Below, one piece after another: positions 29,890 to 40,815 of a DNA stretch of 64,000 nt. Source of the DNA: an uncultured candidate division Zixibacteria bacterium (GTDB lineage Bacteria > Zixibacteria > MSB-5A5 > UBA10806); contig CAWDFP010000005.1 of NCBI GenBank assembly GCA_963801605.1, positions 23,778 to 87,777 of the forward strand. Direction: 5' to 3'. Numbering within the stretch: position 1 is the stretch's first letter; each line of letters begins with the position of its first letter. The position numbers and the translations under genes are program-made. The notes below the pieces were generated by a model, which saw only the letters and a program-made list of their open reading frames with translations, did not search any database and was not told where the DNA came from.

Positions 29890-30560
29890 TGAAGTTATCT
29901 ATTATTATTCCTGTCTACAACGAGGAACGTACCATTGCCGAACTGCTCTCACGCGTCAGGGCGGTTGAGCTTGAAAAGGAAATCATTGTCGTTAACGATG
30001 GTTCAACCGATGGCACCAAAGGCATACTTGACACAATTGATGGTATTGTTGTAGTAAATAAGAAAAACGGCGGAAAGGGCAGCGCTATTAGGGAGGGTCT
30101 TAAGGTCGCAACAGGCGATGTGATTGTCATCCAGGATGCTGATCTCGAATACGATCCTAATGATTTTGTTAAGATGCTCGATGTTATGAAAAGGGAGGGA
30201 GCGGACGTTGTATATGGTTCGCGGATATTGCATTCTGATTATCGTATATCCTACAGACGATATTTTTGGGGTGGAAAGCTCGTGACTATAGTCGCCAATA
30301 TGCTCTATGGGTTATCGATTACTGATGAACCGACCTGTTATAAGATGATCAAGACGGATTTGTTGAAATCGCTTGACTTACAGTGCTCTAGATTTGAATT
30401 TTGTCCTGAGGTAACCGCCAAGCTGGCCAGGCGTAGAATTAGGATAGTGGAGGTACCGATAAGTTACTTTCCTCGAAGCATCGAGGAGGGCAAAAAGATC
30501 AACGCAATTGATGGCCTCGAAGCCATCTGGACACTTTTAAGGTATATATTCGTGAAATGA
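29889..30560 (+). CDS. GT2 polyprenol-phosphate-sugar synthase (DPM1-like)
   Basis: SIIIPVYNEE, VNDGSTDGT, GKGSA, IQDADLEYDP, VYGSR, EVPISY.PR. Confidence 0.93.
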   Translation: MKLSIIIPVYNEERTIAELLSRVRAVELEKEIIVVNDGSTDGTKGILDTIDGIVVVNKKNGGKGSAIREGLKVATGDVIVIQDADLEYDPNDFVKMLDVMKREGADVVYGSRILHSDYRISYRRYFWGGKLVTIVANMLYGLSITDEPTCYKMIKTDLLKSLDLQCSRFEFCPEVTAKLARRRIRIVEVPISYFPRSIEEGKKINAIDGLEAIWTLLRYIFVK

Positions 30561-31453
30561 AATCAGAACTCGAAAATATTGCTTGTAACATTTGTGGTAA
30601 AGACATTCCTCGCCATTTATATATTAAAAACAATTTCCATATTGTCCAATGCCAAAACTGCGGGCTTGTTTATACTAACCCTCGAGTGAAATCCGATTAT
30701 GCCAAAAGCATTTATAGTTCAGCTTATTTTAAATCTCAGAACTCAGTTACCACCGGTTATGAGGATTATCTTAAGGAGCGGTTGACCATTGAAGCTACTT
30801 TCAAGCGCAGGATTAATTTTATAGTTCGCAATGCGCGCTTTCTTGAGAATGCTAAGAATCCACGCATTCTCGATATTGGATGCGCAATGGGTTTCTTACT
30901 CAATTTGTTTAGGGAGTTGGGATGGCAAACTGAAGGCGTCGAACTGTCGGATTTTGCTTCATCGTATGCTAGGGATGAAATGAAATTGGCGGTAAGGCAA
31001 GGAACTTTGAATAACCTCGAATTTTCAGCCGACTATTATGATCTTCTAACCTCTTGGGACGTAATTGAGCATTCATATAATCCTAAAGAAGATTTAATAA
31101 TGATGCACCGGCTTATCAAAAAGGGTGGCTACGTCGCTATCATAACTCCCAATAGGGCAAGCCTTCATGCCCGTGTAGTCGGCCAAAAGTGGGTGGAATA
31201 TGAAAAGCCTGAGGAGCATCTCTATTTCTTTGAAAAAAATATCTTAATAAAAATTTTAAACGATATTGGTTTTGAAACTGTAGCTGCGACAACAGCCGGA
31301 AAATATGTTTCCTTAGAGTTTGCATTGAATCGCTTAAAATCCTATTCGGTTGTCTTTGGTGGCTTGGCGAAAATTATAGGAAAGAATTTGTCTGGTCGTT
31401 ATATTTATATTAACCCGTTTGATAAAATGTTTATACTTGCTAGAAAAAAATGA
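30557..31453 (+). CDS. Class I SAM methyltransferase with N-terminal Zn ribbon
   Basis: CNICG...CQNCGL, ILDIGCAMG, WDVIEH, EHLYFF. Confidence 0.9.
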   Translation: MKSELENIACNICGKDIPRHLYIKNNFHIVQCQNCGLVYTNPRVKSDYAKSIYSSAYFKSQNSVTTGYEDYLKERLTIEATFKRRINFIVRNARFLENAKNPRILDIGCAMGFLLNLFRELGWQTEGVELSDFASSYARDEMKLAVRQGTLNNLEFSADYYDLLTSWDVIEHSYNPKEDLIMMHRLIKKGGYVAIITPNRASLHARVVGQKWVEYEKPEEHLYFFEKNILIKILNDIGFETVAATTAGKYVSLEFALNRLKSYSVVFGGLAKIIGKNLSGRYIYINPFDKMFILARKK

Positions 31454-33530
31454 ATAGGAAGATTTCCGGGTCAAAACTCTTTATTGAACAGTTTACATCA
31501 TTATGGGTGTTTTATGCCATAATGGCCGTTTGCGCATTCCTCCGCTTGGTGGCGCTTCGCTCTGACCCCCCTTTGGATTTGGCAAAAGGGCAGTCGCTAT
31601 GGACCGATCCTTCACAATATGTATTTTTTGCCCGAAACTTGGTTGAATTCGGCAAAATGGAATGTTTTGATCCTTCAGGATTAATATTTTTAAATATTCC
31701 TTTATATCATTTCTAAGCATCCCCCTATTCTATATTTTAAGTCCCGGTTTCTGGCAATCTAACCTTGTTTCCTCCATAATATCAATTGTGACAGTTGTCG
31801 TATTTGGGTTAGTAGTTAAAAGGAGTATGGGGGATTTTGCCGGTTGCGTCGCATTCTTATTTTCCTCTGTTTCATATATTTTTGTCATGCACAACAGAGT
31901 GCCTTATCTGGAAAATGCGTCGTTAATGTTTCTTTCTTTTTCATCATATTTTTTCATTTTAAAATATGAAGACAAATACGGACTTTATTTAAGCGGATTT
32001 TTCCTGGCCTGTTCATTATTAATCGGAAAGACTTTAGCGGTATTGACGATCCCCGCATTTGTACTTAGCATTGTATTATTGGAACGCGGAGTAAAGACCT
32101 CCATTAAAAATTATTTAAAAAGGATTGTTAAATTTTCAACAGGATTTGCAGTTTTTTCTTCTTTTGCATTGATTCTGTTTATTATACCCAATTATTTGGC
32201 ATCCCGCGATTATTTGGCGGAAAATGTGATAAATTACTATGGTTTTCCAGATGGATTAAGAAGCTTTGGTGGATTAATACAATCCTTATATACCTTCGAT
32301 CTTGTTAATTTCGAAAATGCTTTCTTCGATCGGCTTCCGGTTATTGCCGTTTGCGTCGCATTATTTCTTCCGGTCATACGGTTAACGAAACGTCGAATCG
32401 AGGAACGCAGAGCCCTCCTGCTTTTTGCCCTTTGGTTTGGCATCGGGTATTTGTTTCTTTCACCTTGGAACTATCGCCCCATAAGATATGAAATGTACCT
32501 TGTCTTGCCTATGATGGCCTTAGCGGCTTTGTTTCTGCGAGACATAGCTTATGGCGAGATTGAAATGTCATCTAATAGAATCCTTTTTGCTGTTATCCCG
32601 ATGAGCTTAATTGGCTTTCATGTTCTATTTAACGTTACCCATGCCGGCCAAAATCGGGTATTACCATTTTGGCAATTATTCATATATGCTTTTGTAATAG
32701 GAGTGCTTATTAGTGCAGCCTTTTTTTATATTTTAAAGGTTATAAAAAAACTAGATTCAAAGATAAGAATAATTGGAGTATTAATAATAATAGCGTTATC
32801 CTTAAGCTTTGATGTCAGCTATTTTGTAAACTGGGCGCAAAAACTAACTTATGCGATCGATTATACAAATAGAAATATCGATGATCAATTGGGAGACCAA
32901 GCAGTTCTTATGGGGCCTTACGCGCAAACCCTGACTCTGAATACGTCGAAAAAAGCCGAAATATTTTACTTCGGGGCTTATCCCAAAAACGATTCTTTAT
33001 TCGCTCGTATTCCCGCAACGCATGTTTTGTATGAAGTAGGTGCTGGTGGAAACAAAAGCGGTAACGAAGCCAAATTTGCGGAATATTATTCAAAGGTTAA
33101 CGCCGGTTCGATCCAGATTGATTCTTATCTCATAGGCCGCTATTATGTTAGCCTATTTAATGTATCTGGCGGCACCGATAATCCAACCGCCCAAAATTAT
33201 AAAATGACCGATTTCGAAAGAGGAATGTATTATTATGGCAAAAATGATTTTGATTCAGCACTGATATATCTTAATCTGGCCGAGACTAGGGGCAATTTGA
33301 AAAGAGCCTCCCTTTATAAGGGTAATGTTTATTATAGGCAGGGGCAATACGCATTTGCAAAAACCGAATATGCAAAGGGCCTTACTGATGATTGCTACGA
33401 TCCAAAGTTTTGGGCGCTTTATAGTATTTCAGCAAAACAAATGGGTGAAAACGAAATTGCCGAAATGGCTAAGAATAAGGCAATAAGGTATGCGCCTTTT
33501 CCAGGATTTTTTCAAAACCTAATTTTATAA
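31450..33530 (+). CDS. ArnT/PMT-like (GT-C) membrane glycosyltransferase with C-terminal TPR (frameshift ~31690)
   Basis: LRLVAL...LWTDPSQYVFFARN first loop, many TM helices, PIRY, TPR-like tail (GNVYYRQGQYAFA); fragments 31450-31716 and 31788-33530. Confidence 0.75.
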
Positions 33531-33538
33531 GGATTAAC

Positions 33539-34974
33539 TTGCCCATGAACACTCCCGATAACCAGTACGGTCGCAAAAGAGTTAAAAAAACAAAGATCCT
33601 GATTACGCCTCCGCAAGCAGAATCCGTTCCCGTTCCCAATGAGAAGCCGGTGCTAAATGTGCCTGCTAAAGAAGAGGCCCAGCTTCCGATGGAACTTCCG
33701 GTGCCGGAAATTAAGCCCGTCGCTCCAATTGAGGAGTACGTAGCACCGCAGCCGGTCGAACCAAAGCCTGAAATTGAATTAGCGCCGGAATCCAAATCAA
33801 ATCCTGAACCCAAATTCGAACCCAAAGCGGAATCGAAACCTGAAACAAAACCCGAGATGAGAAGAGAAGTTTCGCCTGATAGACCCCGACGAGACAACCG
33901 AAAACCCGACCACGGCTCCCGACCTGATCGTTCCGAAAGATTTCGGCCTCAGCAACAGCAACAGCACAAGTTCCTCAGGAAAAGAGACGGGAGCTCCAGC
34001 CGCTGCAATCATCTCAACAGGCAAAATCAAAAGAACGTCCGCAATCCCGACGGTTTGGTTTCGAGCGAGGTAAGGTACGGGTGAGCATTATTATTCCCGC
34101 TTATAATGAAGAGGGTAATATCAAGCCTCTGATGGATCAATTCCATGAGGTTATTGTGCGAGCCGGACACGATTGGGAAGTTATTTTAGTTGATGATGGC
34201 TCGACCGATAAGACCGCTGAACGTGCCCGGGATGCTTCAATCCATTATCATTGGCTTCGTGTTGTAAGCTATCCTCACAACCGCGGCTTGACCGCTGCCC
34301 TTGATACCGGCTTTCAAAATGCTCGCGGTGCGATTTATGTATTTTATCCGGCTGACATGCAGTATCACCCTCAGGATATTCCCAAAATGATTGCCCGCAT
34401 CGATCGCGGAGCAGATATCGTCACCGGATGGAAACAAGGCAAATACAACAAGCGCTTCGTATCCACTATTTATAATTTCCTGTGCCGCGCCTTATTTCAT
34501 ATAAAAGTGCATGATCTTAATTCGGTTAAAGCTTTCAAAAAAGAGGTCCTTGAAAAGATCATGCTTCGCCAGGATTGGCACCGCTACATGGTAGTGTTGG
34601 CTGCCGAGGAGGGCTATTCTGTCGATGAGGTCAAGGTCAATGTCTTTCCCCGCTATTCCGGCAAAAGCAAATTTGGCACCGGTCGAATCCTTGGTGGAGT
34701 ACTGGATTTGCTTTCGGTTAAATTCCAAATCTCATTCACAAAAAAACCGTTGCGCTTCTTCGGCACCTGGGGGCTGGTTTCTATACTGCTGGGAATTCTA
34801 ACCGGTTTGATTGCGATTTATCTGAGAATTTTTACTATCCACGGTTCCAGAACCTGGCTTTACCTTGTTATACTATTCATACTTTCGGGTTTAATGCTGT
34901 TTTCGCTTGGGTTTTTGGCCGAGGTTATCGTTTCAATTCGGGAAGAAATCGAATCGCTTAAAGGTAAAAAATAG
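33539..34974 (+). CDS. GT2 (ArnC/GtrB-like) with long Pro/Glu/Arg-rich N-terminal extension (frameshift ~33967)
   Basis: The GT2 frame (VSIIIPAYNEE, VDDGSTD, ADMQY, two C-terminal TMs) is open upstream to the CAG/CAA run where the low-complexity ORF can join it. Confidence 0.8.
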
Positions 34975-35124
34975 GTGATATTAAATTGCCTTTGGTTTTT
35001 TGCCATTGAGCATTCCGGGACGCAGGGGAGTGATGTCGCATTTTTTCCGCTCATCATCGTATTCGATCATAAATCGACAATGCTTTTTCGGTATAAACTG
35101 CCTTCGGGCTGAACGGGTGATTTA

Positions 35125-37524
35125 ATGGATATTAAAAAATTACTTAAAGAACATTGGCCTTATATTTATTTTCTAGCCTTGACCATCGTGGTTTTCGCCG
35201 GATTTATTTTCTCAAGCAAAATGCTTTTTGGGTCGGATACCATGGAAGCCGGTATTTTCTTCCGTGGCTTTTACGCCGATTTTGTAAAAACATATCATCG
35301 CATACCGCTTTGGAATCCCTATATCTATGGCGGCCTGCCTTTTGTCGATGCTATGCATGGCGATACCTTTTATCCATTAGCAGCTCTTCAATTCATAATG
35401 CCGATTTTCAAAGCTCTTGGTTACAAATTGATTGTCACCGTATTTTTGGCGGGAGTATTCGCATATCTATATCTGAAAAAAATGGGGATGACTCGCTGGG
35501 CATCGGTATTCGGAGGGACCGTTTACATGCTCTCCGGTTTTCTGGTCTCTCTGGTTTACGCCGGCCAGGACGGTCGAATGTATGTCACCAGCCTCTTGCC
35601 TCTTCTGTTTTATACTATGGAGATAGGTTTCGAGCGGCGAAACTTGCTTTGGTGGTGGCCTTTTGCCGTAACATTCGGATTACTCGTAATGGCTAATCAT
35701 CCTCAGTTCGCATACTTTGCTATGTGGTGCACCGGGGCATATTTCATTTTCCGCATGATTTTTAATCTAAGAGAAAATAAACTCGGCTCGGTCCGCTGGC
35801 TCCCGATTCCCGGATTTATCATAGCTATGATAGTGGGGCTTTGTCTTTCTCTTGTCGCGATCTGGCCAAATCAGGATTATGTCAGGAAATACTCTCCGCG
35901 TGCCGAGGGTGGCAAGGGATACGAATATGCCGCCTCCTGGTCACTACACGCCGAGGAGGCCCTCAGCCAGATCATTCCCGGGTTTTCGGGTTATAGCTCT
36001 ATGCAAGGCCATCCCGGTCTCAACACCGAACCTACTTATTGGGGCAAAAATTATTTCAAGATCAATACCGAAACTGCCGGGCTTATGGCGCTTATCCTGG
36101 CGATCCTGAGTTTCTTTATTTATCGGGATAGATATTCCTGGTTTTTCCTGGGGACAGCTCTTTTTGCGCTTCTCTATGCGCTTGGTGATTCGGGGCTGAT
36201 CTTTAAACTTGTCTATTACACTGTGCCGTTTGTCAGCAAATTCAGAGCGCCCTCTACAATCATGTTTCTATTCTGTTTTGCGATAACATTTTTGGCGGCG
36301 CGGACTATCGACCAATTGGAAAAAGCCAAAAAGATTATCAACAGCAAAAAACTTATAACCGGCCTTCTGATTGCGGCCGGCGCCTATCTGCTCGGAGCCA
36401 TCCTCGTTGCTGTCGGCGGTTTGAGTGTCATGAAAATTTACACCTCCATATTTTTTTCGAATATCGAACCCGGTCAAACCTCCATGCTCGAATCTAACCT
36501 GCCTCATATTGCCGGCGGGCTTTTCGAGGGTGCTCTTTATCTTTGTGTCAGCGCGCTCCTCTTATGGGCTATAGTCCAGCATAAAATCTCATTTAAGGGA
36601 GCCGCCATTGCATTTTTAACTTTAGCTATTTTCGATTCCTGGATTCTTACCGATATGAGATTTATTCAACCTGTCGATCCCGCCCCTTATTTCGCCAAAC
36701 CGCCGATTGTTAGTATTCTTAACAAAGACACCCAACCCTACCGCGTTTTCGCTATGCCTCAAACGCTAAGTAATCAGAATCTTCTCGCCCAATTTGGTAT
36801 TGACGAGGTCACCGGCTACCACGGCAACCAGCTTCGCTGGTATGATAATTTTATCGGTGGCAATGAGATGTCGAGTTTATTTACGTATCGCAATGGAAGG
36901 GCAGAGGGCTTCTCGCCAAATCTTATGAAAGTCATGGGGCTTACAAACGCCAAGTATTTCCTTTGGAGTCAAAAATTCACTCCTCCGGGCTTCGAGGTCC
37001 TGGGCGCTTCTCCCGATGGTATCAATATTTATCATAACACCGCCAATCTCAGCAGAGTCAGGGTCGTTTATAATTATGATGTTATCTCAAATCCCGATTC
37101 CGCTCTCGCAGCCCTGATGGTGCCGTCCTACGATTACATGAATCGAATTATCGTTGATCACGCTCCTAAATCCCAGATTATTCCTCCGGCTGCTCTCAGC
37201 GGAGATACCGCCATCATCCTGGATTCTCCCGCGGATAGAATTAGATTCAAGGCTTTTCTCTCCGCTCCTGGCTTCGTGGCGCTGCAGGAAAATTGGTATC
37301 CTTATTGGAAAGCTTATGAGGGCAAAACTGAAATTCCAGTCTTTCGCACCGATTACACCTTTATGGCGCTCGAACTTCCTCCGGGAACCCATGAAATTGA
37401 ACTCCGAGTGGAAAACCCTAAATATATCCTTGGCAAAAATGTGTCTCTGGCATCCTGGCTGCTTCTATTCGTGGGATTGGGAACGGGGGCGGTTATCTCA
37501 AAGCGAAGGAAAAAACCGGCTTGA
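35125..37524 (+). CDS. YfhO-family multi-TM glycosyltransferase (GT-C)
   Basis: GSD, PLWNPYIYGGLPF, FYPL, FRAP, C-terminal ENWYPYWKA...LPPGTHEI. Confidence 0.88.
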   Translation: MDIKKLLKEHWPYIYFLALTIVVFAGFIFSSKMLFGSDTMEAGIFFRGFYADFVKTYHRIPLWNPYIYGGLPFVDAMHGDTFYPLAALQFIMPIFKALGYKLIVTVFLAGVFAYLYLKKMGMTRWASVFGGTVYMLSGFLVSLVYAGQDGRMYVTSLLPLLFYTMEIGFERRNLLWWWPFAVTFGLLVMANHPQFAYFAMWCTGAYFIFRMIFNLRENKLGSVRWLPIPGFIIAMIVGLCLSLVAIWPNQDYVRKYSPRAEGGKGYEYAASWSLHAEEALSQIIPGFSGYSSMQGHPGLNTEPTYWGKNYFKINTETAGLMALILAILSFFIYRDRYSWFFLGTALFALLYALGDSGLIFKLVYYTVPFVSKFRAPSTIMFLFCFAITFLAARTIDQLEKAKKIINSKKLITGLLIAAGAYLLGAILVAVGGLSVMKIYTSIFFSNIEPGQTSMLESNLPHIAGGLFEGALYLCVSALLLWAIVQHKISFKGAAIAFLTLAIFDSWILTDMRFIQPVDPAPYFAKPPIVSILNKDTQPYRVFAMPQTLSNQNLLAQFGIDEVTGYHGNQLRWYDNFIGGNEMSSLFTYRNGRAEGFSPNLMKVMGLTNAKYFLWSQKFTPPGFEVLGASPDGINIYHNTANLSRVRVVYNYDVISNPDSALAALMVPSYDYMNRIIVDHAPKSQIIPPAALSGDTAIILDSPADRIRFKAFLSAPGFVALQENWYPYWKAYEGKTEIPVFRTDYTFMALELPPGTHEIELRVENPKYILGKNVSLASWLLLFVGLGTGAVISKRRKKPA

Positions 37525-37663
37525 TAAAACAAGCTCTTCCCAGCTATATTTTTCGATAAAGGCATTTTGTCGGATGGTTTAAAATTCGAGGTATAGGGCA
37601 TTTTGACTACGTTAATTAAAGGAATTGTGAATTATTTTTTAAGAAACTCTATTAATTTAGTGT

Positions 37664-37687
37664 GTAGGGGCACAATTCATTGTGCGC
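37664..37687 (+). repeat. GTAG-type REP-like palindrome
   Basis: GTAGGG-GCACAAT-TC-ATTGTGC-GC, intergenic. Confidence 0.55.
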
Positions 37688-37740
37688 AGCTTTGTAAAAA
37701 ATAAAATGTGCATTTTGCAATAAAGACCAAAGCTAAAAAA

Positions 37741-38598
37741 ATGCCTCTCACTTGCGATATCTCAATTATTATTGTTAGCTATAATTGTCTCGATTCGCTT
37801 AAAGCATGCCTTAAATCTATCGAGGAACAGGCAGGCGCAACTACTGAAACTATCGTTATCGATAACAATTCCAAAGATAAAACCCCCGAGTTTATAACAA
37901 GTCAGAAAATCCAATCCATCCTGCTTGCTCACAATATCGGTTTTGGAGCTGCCGCCAATCTTGCTGCCGAAAAAGCAACCGGCAAACATCTTCTTATCCT
38001 AAACCCCGATACCGTCCTTACACCTGATTGCCTTAAATCATTTTTGGAGTTTGCCTCCGCCAGGCCGGATTTTGGACTGGCCTCAGCCCACCTGGTTTAT
38101 CCCGACGGCCAAACCCAAATCTCCGCCCGACGATTTCCCCGGCGACGAGATATCCTTTTCGGACGAGGCTCTCCGCTTTATAAGTTGGGATTAGTTAAAG
38201 AAGTAAATGCCGGCTATTTCCTGGATTTAGGGGAGAGGCCGCTCGAGGTCCCGGCAGTTTCTGCCACCGCCCTATTTATTCGAACAGAACTATTCCGCGA
38301 GCTTGGAGGCTTCGATCCGCGCTTCTTTATGTATCTCGAAGACCTTGATCTTTGCAAGCGCGTTCAGGAACGTTCCCTTTCGGTATGGATATTACCCCAT
38401 GCAAAAATAATCCACGCCTGGCGGCAATCCTCCGCGACCAGGCCCTATTTTGCCGCCTGGTGCCATTATCTTTCGGTTTACAAATACTTCCAAAAGCATT
38501 ACTCTTCCCAGTGGTATAAAAATTTAGTCCTGGCCGTGGCGCTTGCGGCAGGTTTTGCGCTTACCTCCGGCCTGATCGCATTGCACAAAAAGGATTAA
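37741..38598 (+). CDS. GT2 glycosyltransferase (WbbL/rhamnosyltransferase-like)
   Basis: SIIIVSYN, IDNNSKD, NIGFGAAAN, LNPDT, GGFDPRFFMYLEDLDLC. Confidence 0.92.
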   Translation: MPLTCDISIIIVSYNCLDSLKACLKSIEEQAGATTETIVIDNNSKDKTPEFITSQKIQSILLAHNIGFGAAANLAAEKATGKHLLILNPDTVLTPDCLKSFLEFASARPDFGLASAHLVYPDGQTQISARRFPRRRDILFGRGSPLYKLGLVKEVNAGYFLDLGERPLEVPAVSATALFIRTELFRELGGFDPRFFMYLEDLDLCKRVQERSLSVWILPHAKIIHAWRQSSATRPYFAAWCHYLSVYKYFQKHYSSQWYKNLVLAVALAAGFALTSGLIALHKKD

Positions 38599-38601
38599 GA
38601 G

Positions 38602-39654
38602 TTGAATCTGAAAATTCCCGGATATATCCTGGTCGTGCTGGTCGCGGGTTATTTGACTTTTATCCTCATTCCCATAATAAAAAACTATTGCCTGAAACGA
38701 GGCCTCCTGGATCAACCGAGTCCTCGAAAGATTCATCAAAAACCAACTCCTCGTATGGGGGGAGTAGCGTTCGTTATTTCATATTCGCTTGCCATTTGGC
38801 TCGGTTTCGTGGGCAATCCCGAACTCTGGCGTAACAACTGGCTGGGCATCGTTGGTGTGGTTGCCGGGGGTGTCATTATCTTCTTGCTCGGCCTCTACGA
38901 TGATTTGAAGGGGATAGGTCCCATTCCCAAATTCCTCTGGCAGATGCTGGCGGCCTTGCTTCCTGTTATCTGCGGTGTTAGAGCTGATGTTATCAACGTG
39001 CCCTTCTACAAATTGGTGGTGTTGGGTTACTGGGCTATACCGCTGAGTATCCTCTGGATTGTCACCATCACCAATACCTTCAATCTTCTCGATGGCCTCG
39101 ATGGTCTGGCCGCTGGCATCGCCGCTATTTCAGCCTCGACATTTTTGGTTCTGAGTTTGGTTCTTAATCTGCCCTTGGCCACGCTCTTAATAGCCGGCAT
39201 ATTGGGCATCTCAATTTCCTTCTTGAGATACAACTATCATCCTGCGCAAATCTTTATGGGTGATTCCGGATCGCTTTTTATCGGTTATGTTTTCGGGGTA
39301 ACATCCCTCTATTGGCCCAAAAGCTATGCCTCAATTGTTATGCTGGTGCCGATGTTGGCCCTGGGGGTACCTGTGCTGGAGGTCCTGACAACCACTATCC
39401 GCCGCACCCTCACCGGTCAAAAGATTTATCTGGCGGATAGACGCCATCTTTTTCACTACCTCCTGGAAATGGGTTTTTCTCAGCAGGGCGTGGTCTGGTT
39501 TTTCTATCTTTTAAGCATCCAGTTTTCCGTGATGGCCGTGGGTTTCGTAGTTGGTAAAGTCAATATAGTCCTTGTCCTCGAGGCTGTTTTTGTTATATTT
39601 ATCGGAATAATTCTGTCCCGAAAGTTAAAATCGGGAGGTGGAAATGGACGATAA
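38602..39654 (+). CDS. WecA/TagO-type undecaprenyl-phosphate sugar-1-phosphate transferase
   Basis: RKIHQKPTPRMGG, GLYDD, NLLDGLDGLA, IFMGDSGS, DRRHLFH. Confidence 0.93.
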   Translation: MNLKIPGYILVVLVAGYLTFILIPIIKNYCLKRGLLDQPSPRKIHQKPTPRMGGVAFVISYSLAIWLGFVGNPELWRNNWLGIVGVVAGGVIIFLLGLYDDLKGIGPIPKFLWQMLAALLPVICGVRADVINVPFYKLVVLGYWAIPLSILWIVTITNTFNLLDGLDGLAAGIAAISASTFLVLSLVLNLPLATLLIAGILGISISFLRYNYHPAQIFMGDSGSLFIGYVFGVTSLYWPKSYASIVMLVPMLALGVPVLEVLTTTIRRTLTGQKIYLADRRHLFHYLLEMGFSQQGVVWFFYLLSIQFSVMAVGFVVGKVNIVLVLEAVFVIFIGIILSRKLKSGGGNGR

Positions 39655-40627
39655 ATATTATCTTGAATTTGAAAAACCGATTGTTGAGTTGGATCGCAAG
39701 ATCCGCGAAATAAGAGAACTATCGCCTGCGGATAATAACTGGCTGGATGATGAAATCAACCAGTTGGAAAATAAACGCGACCAGCTTCAATCCGAGGTTT
39801 ATTCTAAGCTGACCCGTTGGCAAAAAGTCCAGTTGGCTCGCCATCCGCTCCGGCCTTATACGCTCGATTATATCCCGCTTGTTTTTACCGATTTTATCGA
39901 GATTCATGGCGACCGCTACTTCGCCGAGGATAGGGCTCTGGTGGGCGGGTTTGCCAGGCTTGACGGCCAGGCGGTCATGGTGGTTGGCCAGCAGAAGGGC
40001 CGTGATGTCAAACAACGGCAATACCGCAATTTCGGTATGTGCCACCCTGAGGGTTATCGCAAGGCCCTCCGATTATTCAGAATCGCCGAAAAGTTCAATC
40101 TACCGATTATCATCTTTATTGATACCCCCGGCGCTTATCCCGGAGTTGGCGCCGAGGAGCGCGGACAGGCTGAGGCTATCGCCCGAAATATCCGCGAAAT
40201 GTCTGCTATCGAGGTCCCCATTCTGATTGCCATTATCGGCGAGGGCGCCTCCGGCGGTGCCTTAGGCATAGGTGTTGGCGATGTTGTCCTCATGATGGAA
40301 AATTCCTGGTATTCGGTTATTTCTCCTGAGGGTTGCTCCGCTATCCTTTGGAAAGCTGTCGATGATCCGAAACAGGCCGAGGCCAACCGTATTCAGGCCG
40401 CCGACGCTCTCAAGGTTACATCCGATGACCTCATTGAGCTTAAAATTATCGATGGTATCATTCCCGAACCATTGGGCGGCGCTCATCGCGACTACAACAC
40501 TGCCGCCGCCAGCCTAAAACAAAGCTTGATTGAAAACCTGAAACCCCTGATAGTAAAGGATAAAACTACTCTCCTGTCCGATCGCTTGCGGAAATATCGG
40601 GTCATGGGAGTATTCGCGGAGTCATAG
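39644..40627 (+). CDS. accA: Acetyl-CoA carboxylase carboxyltransferase alpha
   Basis: LEFEKPI, ARHPLRP, HGDR, PEGYRKA, IDTPGAYPG, GEGASGGALG, YSVISPEGC. Confidence 0.98.
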   Translation: MDDKYYLEFEKPIVELDRKIREIRELSPADNNWLDDEINQLENKRDQLQSEVYSKLTRWQKVQLARHPLRPYTLDYIPLVFTDFIEIHGDRYFAEDRALVGGFARLDGQAVMVVGQQKGRDVKQRQYRNFGMCHPEGYRKALRLFRIAEKFNLPIIIFIDTPGAYPGVGAEERGQAEAIARNIREMSAIEVPILIAIIGEGASGGALGIGVGDVVLMMENSWYSVISPEGCSAILWKAVDDPKQAEANRIQAADALKVTSDDLIELKIIDGIIPEPLGGAHRDYNTAAASLKQSLIENLKPLIVKDKTTLLSDRLRKYRVMGVFAES

Positions 40628-40639
40628 AGGAAGGGACCT

Positions 40640-40804
40640 ATGTTAACGGATAAACTCCTGGCTATTTTAGCTTGCCCGCAATGCAAGGGTGATTTGGAAT
40701 ATGATCGCGCCAACAATAAGTTGATTTGCCAAAAATGTCATCTGCGCTATTCAGTGGAAGATGATATTCCTATTATGCTCATCAACGAAGCAGAGAAATT
40801 TTAA
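40640..40804 (+). CDS. Trm112/YcaR-family small Zn-binding protein (below the ORF-track cutoff)
   Basis: MLTDKLLAILACPQCKGDL...LICQKCHLRYSVEDDIPIML. Confidence 0.92.
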   Translation: MLTDKLLAILACPQCKGDLEYDRANNKLICQKCHLRYSVEDDIPIMLINEAEKF

Positions 40805-40815
40805 ATGGAGGCTCA

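Noticed and set aside
33780..33970. CRISPR or DNA tandem repeat
   Set aside because: Imperfect codon-level repeats encoding EPK and Gln runs; no repeat-spacer structure
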